This document shows, piece after piece, positions 16,972 to 24,819 of a stretch of DNA of 64,000 bases. Location: IMG/VR virus record IMGVR_UViG_3300037704_000085, positions 26,834 to 90,833 of that record; one strand, given 5' to 3'. The translations under genes and the position numbers were made by a program. Position 1 is the first letter of the stretch, and each line of letters begins with the position of its first letter. The notes beneath the pieces are model-generated. The model searched no databases. It was given only the letters and a program-made list of their open reading frames with translations, and was not told the origin of the DNA. Source of the DNA: a virus.

Positions 16972-19530
16972 ATGGACGACATCTACGCCAAAATTGAATC
17001 CGCTGCGCATTCCGGTGCGAACGGCCTGAACTCTCGGCCTGTGCCGACCGACGCGCAGAAGAAGGCCGGCAACTATGCCAAGGGCCGCGCCGCGTGGCAG
17101 GGCTTGACGCTGGTTATCGAGTGCCCGCGCAACAGCTACCGTAGCGGCACCGATCCGAACGGCAAGGCGTGGTCCTGCCGCATGGCGGCGCACTACGGCT
17201 ACTTCGGCCAGAGCAAGGGCGCGGACGGCGACGCGGTGGATTGCTTCATCGGCCCGCTGCCGGAGTCCGACCGGGTGTTCGTGATCAACCAGAAAGACCC
17301 GGCCAGCGGACGTTTCGACGAAACCAAGGTGATGATCGGCTTTCCTGACGCCGAGACCGCCAAGCTGGCCTATCTGCATTCCTACGACCGGGGCTGGCGC
17401 GGGCTCGACTCCATGATTCCCTGCACGGTCGAACAACTCAAATGGTGGCTGAAGCACGGCAACCATCGCCGCCCTTTAACCGCTGAATCTTTGCCCTACG
17501 AAGGAACCGAGACAATGGATGCTGTGAAATGGAACGAGAACGCCGAGCCTGTCGGTACGACGCTGGCCCACCTGATCTACGGCTTGCGCCAGCACGACGA
17601 CGGCCTGCTGTTCGATGCCGTTTCGGTCGCCGACATCCTTGAAGACTCGGACGGGGCGCTGCCGGAAGCGGCGCTTGATGCCCTGATCGCGCCGTATGCC
17701 AAGCTCGAACGCAAGATGACGCAACTCAAGGCGATTATGGGCCTTGCCGGCGATGCCGTGAAGCCCTTGGCACTGACCGTGACGCCGCCGTTCAAACAAC
17801 GCGGCACAACCAACGTCGCCGCCGTGTTCGAACTCTCGGACGGCCAGACGGTGACGGTCTATTTCCACAACCCGGACACGAACCCGAACAAGCTCGCGCC
17901 GGCCGACGAAATGATTTCGTGGAAGTGGCTGCTGAACAAGAAAGACATCACCATCATCGTTGCGCCGGAGCGCGGCGAAGACCTTAATCCGCGCGAAGTA
18001 GCACGCCGGATCATGCGCCTCGCCGAAAAGAACAGCGCCCGCTTTGCGCAGGCCAACACCAAGCGCGCCGAGCGGCTGGCGTCGATTGCGACACTCAAGG
18101 ACGGCGTGGCGGCGAAAGAGGCCGAGTTGGGCAAGCTCGAAAAGGAAATCGAGGTTCTGGAATTTCAGGTCGAAGAGAAGCGGGCGACGAAGCCAGTTAC
18201 CGTCAGCGGCCGGAGCAAGCAGTTCGAAGCCTACGCCAAGATGATCCGCGAAACGACGCGGCAAGAGGATTTGCCGGCGGGCCTCAAGCAGACCATCGAA
18301 GCCGACGCTGACCTGTTGCCGGGCGAGCCGGGCGATCTGATTGAAATGATCCGCAACGCATGGAAGCAGGACGAGCAACCCGCGTGGAAATCGGTTGATC
18401 CGACCACGGCCGAAGGCTATGCCGCAGTGGTCGCGGCCGGCGAAGAGGCGTTGCTTTACTGGCAAGACACGCTCGACGCATTCTTTGGTGGGCGCATCGT
18501 GGATGTTCGCAACGCGCTGCGCGAACGTGGATGGACAGGCGAGCAGAACAGCGACCTTTACAAAGGCGATGCCATGTATCAGCCGAGGTTCAAACAGACT
18601 GGAGCCGGGGCGAACATCGTTGGCGTAACCAACACCGTCTACGGTATCGGAGCGGTGCCGTTTGAATTAACCGACGATATGACCAAGACCGCCGCCGTAA
18701 TTGCCGACGCTGTTGATGCGGCCGTGCCGAAATCTGCCGCCCCGGCCTATGATGCTGACGCAATCGGCCAGCAGCTTGCGGCCAGCGGCTGGGCGGCGAG
18801 CGCGACCGGCGGCTATCCGTACCAGAAGGCGGCAGAGGGCCGGCAGTTCATCGTGACCATCGGCACCTTCGAAGGCGAAACGATGCCGCGCGCCCACTTG
18901 CAGGAAATCAACGTCGGCGCGGCGCGGGTGACCGAGAATGTCAGTAGCTTCGAAGTTGCCGGCGTTCCTGCTGGCGACGTGGTGGCGGCTATCGAAGCGG
19001 CCTTGCCGAAGGTCGATCCCGCGATAGCCAAGGGGCAGATCGAGCAGCGCGTGGCGATGGAAGATCACGCCGAGAAAGCCGCCCGCGAACTCGGCGGCAC
19101 GCTGTCGGCGTGGGAACAGTCGGCAGCGAAGGAATGGCAATACGCGACCTTCACGCAGGGCGTGAAGACGCTGCGCATCGGCGCTTCGACTGGCGGCGTG
19201 GTTTCGGTCGACGGCCATCCGTTCGATCCGGACAACCAGTTGATTTTGTCGCTCAAGCAGACCATCGCGGCGATGCAGGCGGCGCTCGACAAGCAACTGA
19301 GCGCCGAAGACCTCGCGCGCAACGAGCGCGAAAGCCTGCTGTCGGCCGACCGCGCGTTCATCCAGTCGGCGATTGACGGCAAGGCCGACTTCTACGACAA
19401 GGCGGTGACCGACCGGCTGGCCGAACTCGCCAAGACCTACCCGGACGGCGACATGGCCGACCTAATGAAGCAGGCCAAGACCGCCGCCAAGAACTTCTTC
19501 ATGGCCGAGTTCAAGAAAAAGGCCGGCTGA
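16972..19530 (+). CDS. darA: DarA-like antirestriction head protein with N-terminal InPase-like domain
   Basis: AGNYAKG...YGYF...GADGDAVDCFIGP...FDETKVMIGF (InPase-like); FELSDGQTVTVYFHNPD...SWKWLLNKKDIT (DarA_N); C-terminal DRAFIQSAIDG (DarA_C). Confidence 0.8.
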   Translation: MDDIYAKIESAAHSGANGLNSRPVPTDAQKKAGNYAKGRAAWQGLTLVIECPRNSYRSGTDPNGKAWSCRMAAHYGYFGQSKGADGDAVDCFIGPLPESDRVFVINQKDPASGRFDETKVMIGFPDAETAKLAYLHSYDRGWRGLDSMIPCTVEQLKWWLKHGNHRRPLTAESLPYEGTETMDAVKWNENAEPVGTTLAHLIYGLRQHDDGLLFDAVSVADILEDSDGALPEAALDALIAPYAKLERKMTQLKAIMGLAGDAVKPLALTVTPPFKQRGTTNVAAVFELSDGQTVTVYFHNPDTNPNKLAPADEMISWKWLLNKKDITIIVAPERGEDLNPREVARRIMRLAEKNSARFAQANTKRAERLASIATLKDGVAAKEAELGKLEKEIEVLEFQVEEKRATKPVTVSGRSKQFEAYAKMIRETTRQEDLPAGLKQTIEADADLLPGEPGDLIEMIRNAWKQDEQPAWKSVDPTTAEGYAAVVAAGEEALLYWQDTLDAFFGGRIVDVRNALRERGWTGEQNSDLYKGDAMYQPRFKQTGAGANIVGVTNTVYGIGAVPFELTDDMTKTAAVIADAVDAAVPKSAAPAYDADAIGQQLAASGWAASATGGYPYQKAAEGRQFIVTIGTFEGETMPRAHLQEINVGAARVTENVSSFEVAGVPAGDVVAAIEAALPKVDPAIAKGQIEQRVAMEDHAEKAARELGGTLSAWEQSAAKEWQYATFTQGVKTLRIGASTGGVVSVDGHPFDPDNQLILSLKQTIAAMQAALDKQLSAEDLARNERESLLSADRAFIQSAIDGKADFYDKAVTDRLAELAKTYPDGDMADLMKQAKTAAKNFFMAEFKKKAG

Positions 19531-21461
19531 TGCAAGCGGCCGGGGATGAATTTTTCGCGCTGATCGGCGAAGGCGCGGGGCTGCTGAAGGAGCTGGACGA
19601 AAACGACGCCGGCTTTTTCGACAGCCTGAACCGGCTGCGCGAAATCCTCGCCATGCTGGGTGATCCCGCGCCTGCGTTGGTCAAGCTGGATTTCAATCTG
19701 GCCGACAAGGACGCCTCACTGGTGGCACTGGCCGGCTACCTCGACGGGCCGCTGCAAAGCCTGCCGGCGGCGCTCCGTCCGTATGAGGCATCAACGGTGC
19801 ACGATTTGACCGTGATCGTCGCAAGCAACAGCGACGGCCCGCTGATCAGCCAAAACGCGAACAGCCTGATCGACAAGACCACGGCCATGATCAGGGATAT
19901 TGCGCAAAGCCCGGAGCGTCGCCATCAGCAACAACTCGACGCTTTTGAGGAAATCAAGTCGCGCGGCGTGGTGCATGGTCTTGACGTTGAAATGCTGAAA
20001 AACAACGTCGAAGAAAGCGGGAAGCTGCTTGCCCAGAGCCGCGACGACAACCCCGAATACAAAGCGGCGAATGACGAATATATCAGGCTGGTGAGCGAAC
20101 ACAGGGAAATGACCAGACGGTATAACCAGCTAATGGTTGATGCCGACAAGGCGGGGGATACAGCGGAAGGCGACCGGCTTGGTGCTGAGTATGTCGCGGC
20201 GCAAAAAGCATCAAGGGAAGCCCGAGAAAGGGCTTGGACTGCTGCCGCGAAGGCGAGCGCTGATTTCAACGACACCAAAGCCGCCAAACACGCGGCGCTT
20301 TTCTTGGCTGACGGTATCGAAATTATCAATGCCGTCATGGCGGCGTCGCCGATCAGCGAAGAACAGGCAACCGCATGGGCGAGCGAGCAGGTTATTGACG
20401 ACAACGCCAAGGCCAAGCTGAAGCGGCTGGGCTACGCGCCGGCCGACGTGCTGCGCGACATGGCCGAGTTCTACCGGCTGTCCGGCGGAAAGTCGTCGGC
20501 GATCCGCATCGGCATCGACGGTGGCCGGCGCGCGAACGCCAGCGGGATATCGGCCCGGCTCAATGAAAAAATCATCAATCTGGGATCGCGGTTCAACAAG
20601 ACCGTGCTGTTCCACGAACTCGCACACCATCTGGAAAACGACCCGATTGCCAAGGCGGCGTCGAACGGCTTCCTGCTGAAGCGGCGCGAGAGCGACAAGA
20701 CCTACCGCCTGAAGGAATTGACCGGCAACGGCGGCTATGACCGCCGCGAGATTGCCTACAAGGACAGCTTCACCGATCCCTACGTCGGCAAGGTCTATAC
20801 GGACGGCGTAACCGAAGTGTTTTCCATGGGCGTGCAATACCTCTCGACGCCCAAAGACGCCGCGATCTTCGCTGGCAAAGACCCGGAAATGTTCGCGCTG
20901 ATCACCGGCTACCTGACGAGCCCGCTGACGCCGGCCATGGACGCCAAGCTGCATATGCACCGGGGCGCGATTGGCGCGCTGCAAGAGAAGCGGCAGGGCG
21001 AGGCCGACATGTACGACAAGGCCGTCGAACTGATGGCCGGCAAGGTGGAAATCGCCAAGGACAACTGGTATTCGACGCTCGACAAGGACAGCAGGTTCTA
21101 CGACCTGCTGCTGGCCTACGTGTTGAGCAAGGAAAAGAAATCGAACCCGGAATACATCGGATCGGCCGGCGAGTTCAAGGTGTTCTCCGGCGTCTTCCGC
21201 AACCGGCAGAGCAAGCGCTACGGCAAGGGCTTCCTGATCGTCAAGAATGAACCATCCGAACAAGGCGTGACGGGCGGCTGGTCGATTCCCGAATATGAAA
21301 CGGTCAATGGCGACCTCGACCAAGCCAAATTGATGATCGCGCTGGCCGGGCTAAATGGCGTCGGGCTCAACAAGGTCTATTACGACTATTTCATGAAGAG
21401 CAGTTGGGGCAATATCAAGCAGAAACTGATTGAAGCCGTGGGCGCGGAGAATCTGCAATGA
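19530..21461 (+). CDS. virion cargo protein with zincin-like metallopeptidase domain (DdrB-like position)
   Basis: LFHELAHHLE (HExxH) plus downstream TEVFSMG. Confidence 0.7.
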   Translation: MQAAGDEFFALIGEGAGLLKELDENDAGFFDSLNRLREILAMLGDPAPALVKLDFNLADKDASLVALAGYLDGPLQSLPAALRPYEASTVHDLTVIVASNSDGPLISQNANSLIDKTTAMIRDIAQSPERRHQQQLDAFEEIKSRGVVHGLDVEMLKNNVEESGKLLAQSRDDNPEYKAANDEYIRLVSEHREMTRRYNQLMVDADKAGDTAEGDRLGAEYVAAQKASREARERAWTAAAKASADFNDTKAAKHAALFLADGIEIINAVMAASPISEEQATAWASEQVIDDNAKAKLKRLGYAPADVLRDMAEFYRLSGGKSSAIRIGIDGGRRANASGISARLNEKIINLGSRFNKTVLFHELAHHLENDPIAKAASNGFLLKRRESDKTYRLKELTGNGGYDRREIAYKDSFTDPYVGKVYTDGVTEVFSMGVQYLSTPKDAAIFAGKDPEMFALITGYLTSPLTPAMDAKLHMHRGAIGALQEKRQGEADMYDKAVELMAGKVEIAKDNWYSTLDKDSRFYDLLLAYVLSKEKKSNPEYIGSAGEFKVFSGVFRNRQSKRYGKGFLIVKNEPSEQGVTGGWSIPEYETVNGDLDQAKLMIALAGLNGVGLNKVYYDYFMKSSWGNIKQKLIEAVGAENLQ

Positions 21462-23731
21462 TCGAGACGAGCTACCAAGTCATGACGCCGCACGGCGCAT
21501 TCGAAGCGTCATGGGACGCGGCCGAAGATTCGCCCGTGCGCTACGCCGGGAGCCCGGACGGCATCGCTTTTTTCCGCGCCTGTCTCGACCTGCAAAGCCT
21601 GTCCGGGGCCGGCGGCGCGCTGCTGCAATTCGATGCGTTGGAACCCGCCGACCTTTACGGCTACTGCCAGTCCGTAAAATACGGCATCACCGTACAGCCG
21701 CTACGGGATGACCTGTTGGACGCTGCACAATCAAAGGACGAAGAAATGAGCCCAACGATGGATGCTGCCCCGGTCAGCGATTACAAGCCGTGCCCGGATT
21801 GTGGCGGCGACATGTTCAACTGGCCCATCGGACAAGATGGCTCCAATTTGCGATTCAGGGGCACGATTCAGTGCCACAAATGCGGGAAGGAAATGAGCGG
21901 GATGGGATGGCGAAAAGAAACCGGCGCACTGGATGCAGTCGATGATTCACAGGCGTTCCTGCTGATCGGCGAGGGCGCGCAAGTGCTGTCGCGACTTAGC
22001 GAAGATGCTGACACGTTTTTTACCGACATCGGGCGGCTGCGCGAAATCATCGTGCTGCTGGGCGACGACGCAGATCCGGCCGAAGAGGCGTTCGAGCATG
22101 TTGGCCTGCGGATTTATCCGACGACTTGGCGTTCCGGCGATCAGGTGAAAACCGGCTGGGGGGTTCAGAAGCCGGAGAACGTCGGCACCGAACGCACGTT
22201 CGGCGACAGTCTGATGGAGACCAAAGACGCCGCGATCAGGGAGGCCGAAAGCCTTGTCAATCGCGCCAAGCTCGATAAGGAATGGTCCGACAAGATGGCC
22301 GCAGACGAAGCCGCCGCGACCGCCGCGCGCAATGCTGTTATCGCCATGTTCGCCGACTTCGTTGCCGCCAAGGGCATGTCGCCGGCCAGCGCCGAGAAAG
22401 CGCGCCAAGTGCTGATGAAACGGGTCTTGGCGGACGGCAAGGAAATGACGCTCAAGGAACTGGTGGAGAAAGACGTGGCCGATGGCCGCACCATCGGCGA
22501 ATACGAAGGAAAGCGAACGCTGGAACATTCGGACGGGCGTTTCCGCGAGGAAAAGAAGATCGGCAAGATCGCGATGGATTACGCCGCGTGGCTGATCGGC
22601 AAGCGGCCGGTGGCGCAGGACAGTCCAGAGCCGAAGCCGGGCGACGCGGTTTATGTCGTCGGCGGAAAGTACAACGGCACGATTCGGACGCTGATCGAAA
22701 AGGTGCCGTTTGGCTTCAAGGTCTCGGACACGATTTCAGGCTACATTACCGTTCCGGGCGTCGAGTTCTATCGGTCCGGAGAGCCGGCCAAGCCGACTGC
22801 GCAAGACGGCGACGCCGCCATCAAATACCTGTCGCCGTTCCTGTCCGGGGCGCAGCGCCGCACCGTCAAGGACGCCATGAAGGGCGAGGAAGGCAACTGG
22901 TTCGTCGCCAAGATGATCGAACTCGCCGAGCGCATCAAGACCATGCCGAAGACCTACGATCAGGACGGCAAGGGCGATCAGGCGGTGGCCTACCTGCACT
23001 ACTTCACGGGCGGCGCGGACTTCTGGATCACCGAAAAGGACAAGGCCGGCGACGGCACCGAACAGGCGTTCGGCCTTGCCAAAATCCATGAGGCCGAGTT
23101 GGGCTATATCAGCATCGCCGAAATCGTCAGTGCGGGCGCGGAACTCGATTTTCACTTCGAGCCGAAGACGCTGGCGGTCTTGAATGGCGGCGACGCGCCG
23201 GAAGTCGATACCTACCTGCCGGAAGGCTGGACCGAAGCGACGCCGGGCGGCTTGGCGACCAACACCGACAAGGAAGCCGGCGGCATTGTCGATCAGCGCA
23301 TGGGCACGGGCGAATGGTTCTTGGTTGCCGAGAACGACGCCGCAGCGGCCTTGCTGAAAGACCGTGATTTCGAGAGCCGGAGCGAAGCCTTCGCGGCGCT
23401 GCACGAAGCGATTGCGCAGGTTAAGGCGGCGGTTCCTGCCGATCCGGCACCGCAACCGGAGCCGCCGGCCCCGGAAAACACCCCGGCCATCGACCCGCCG
23501 GCCGCAGCCGATCCGAAACCCGCCGGGAACGCCGAAATGGACGCCGACAAAGCCTTTATGCAATCCGTGGTGGATCGCACGACCGACATGTACGCGCCGG
23601 AGCTTGCCGACCGGCTGGCCGCGATCCACGACAAGTATCAGGGCGATCCGGACATGGTTGCCGCCTTCAACGCCGCCGTCGATGCCTATTCGAACTACAT
23701 GATCGAAGAAGCCAAGAAAGCGATGGGCTAA
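21458..23731 (+). CDS. modular polyvalent cargo protein (Zn ribbon, DUF2958-like domain, DarA_C-like end)
   Basis: CPDC..CHKC; YLHYF..DFWITE...AFGL...ELGYIS; C-terminus similar to that of darA. Confidence 0.7.
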   Translation: MIETSYQVMTPHGAFEASWDAAEDSPVRYAGSPDGIAFFRACLDLQSLSGAGGALLQFDALEPADLYGYCQSVKYGITVQPLRDDLLDAAQSKDEEMSPTMDAAPVSDYKPCPDCGGDMFNWPIGQDGSNLRFRGTIQCHKCGKEMSGMGWRKETGALDAVDDSQAFLLIGEGAQVLSRLSEDADTFFTDIGRLREIIVLLGDDADPAEEAFEHVGLRIYPTTWRSGDQVKTGWGVQKPENVGTERTFGDSLMETKDAAIREAESLVNRAKLDKEWSDKMAADEAAATAARNAVIAMFADFVAAKGMSPASAEKARQVLMKRVLADGKEMTLKELVEKDVADGRTIGEYEGKRTLEHSDGRFREEKKIGKIAMDYAAWLIGKRPVAQDSPEPKPGDAVYVVGGKYNGTIRTLIEKVPFGFKVSDTISGYITVPGVEFYRSGEPAKPTAQDGDAAIKYLSPFLSGAQRRTVKDAMKGEEGNWFVAKMIELAERIKTMPKTYDQDGKGDQAVAYLHYFTGGADFWITEKDKAGDGTEQAFGLAKIHEAELGYISIAEIVSAGAELDFHFEPKTLAVLNGGDAPEVDTYLPEGWTEATPGGLATNTDKEAGGIVDQRMGTGEWFLVAENDAAAALLKDRDFESRSEAFAALHEAIAQVKAAVPADPAPQPEPPAPENTPAIDPPAAADPKPAGNAEMDADKAFMQSVVDRTTDMYAPELADRLAAIHDKYQGDPDMVAAFNAAVDAYSNYMIEEAKKAMG

Positions 23732-23994
23732 TGGGCGTCGGAAAAAACGTCATGATCGGGCTGGATCAAACGCTGAATTGCGTGATCCGGCTCGATGACG
23801 GCCGGGGCCGGCCGGACGAAATGCTTTCGGCGAGGGCGTGGCGTTTACGCGAGCGCCATCCGAAGCTGCGCCTGTGGATCGACCGGCTATTCTTCTGGGA
23901 TGCCAACCACTGCGAAGAGTGCTACTGGATTGAGCGACGACGGCAGCAACTGCCGGCCGAGTATTCGGAACCGGAAAACCAAAGGACTTCATAG
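23731..23994 (+). CDS. conserved small phage protein
   Basis: LDQTLN...PDEMLSARAWR...IDRLFFW..NHC motif. Confidence 0.7.
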   Translation: MGVGKNVMIGLDQTLNCVIRLDDGRGRPDEMLSARAWRLRERHPKLRLWIDRLFFWDANHCEECYWIERRRQQLPAEYSEPENQRTS

Positions 23995-24013
23995 GGCTTA
24001 AATGCCCTATTAT
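23972..24013 (+). promoter_or_regulatory. putative late promoter
   Basis: CGGAAAA at 23972, TATTAT at 24008. Confidence 0.7.
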
Positions 24014-24020
24014 TTTGACG

Positions 24021-24788
24021 ATGGCCGAGCCGACAAAAAACCCCGCTGAACTCCTGAAAAACGCCGCTGCGATGCGCGAAACCGCGCTAGTTGCCGGCGT
24101 TGTTTCTGAGCTTGACAGCATCGCGTCGCGCACCGACTCCAAGCCGGAGTTTTTGCGCCGGGCCGGCGCGAAGCTGCTGATTGCCAAGGGCAAGGTCAGC
24201 GGCGCGGTTTTGGACGCCGCCGTGGGGCCGCTTGACGAGTTCTGGCAAGGGCGCAGCGATGCCCGCGCGAACCGCTTGCGCGTGATCGTGACGCCGTCGG
24301 AAGCCGTACCGAAACCCGTGGTTGATCCAGTGATTGACGCCGTGGCCGAAGCGCCGCCGGAGCCCGCGCCGGAGCCGGAGATTCGTTCCGGGGCGCGCAT
24401 GATCCGAACGGCCTATCTCGACTTCATGATGGGCCTGCATACGCCGTTCGGCGACTACCGCTTGGCGCTCTACCCGGAAGCAATCGCCGATGCCGAAACC
24501 TACTTCAGCGTCGGAGAATGCGTCGGCGGCGGCTACCCAGTGGGCGGCGTGCCGCTGACTGGCTACCGGGCCAAGATGATCGGCCGCGAGGCGGTGCTGT
24601 CATTCGATGACGCCGTTATGAACAATGTCAGCGTCCGGGCGCGCAACGGCCTGCTTTACAACGCGACGAACCAAAAGGCGATTGCCGTGATTGAGTTGGG
24701 CCGGGTGTTCGCCGTCGATGGCGGCGTGTTTGTGCTGAAGATGCCGGCCGATGGTCTGGTGGCGATTGGGGACCGTAACGATGCGTGA
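24021..24788 (+). CDS. putative structural protein (C-terminal beta-sandwich)
   Basis: YRLALY...GGGYPVGG...ARNGLLYN...AIAVIELG domain typical of phage structural proteins. Confidence 0.6.
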   Translation: MAEPTKNPAELLKNAAAMRETALVAGVVSELDSIASRTDSKPEFLRRAGAKLLIAKGKVSGAVLDAAVGPLDEFWQGRSDARANRLRVIVTPSEAVPKPVVDPVIDAVAEAPPEPAPEPEIRSGARMIRTAYLDFMMGLHTPFGDYRLALYPEAIADAETYFSVGECVGGGYPVGGVPLTGYRAKMIGREAVLSFDDAVMNNVSVRARNGLLYNATNQKAIAVIELGRVFAVDGGVFVLKMPADGLVAIGDRNDA

Positions 24789-24819
24789 GAACGACCACTT
24801 GACGCTGGAGTACGTGTAA

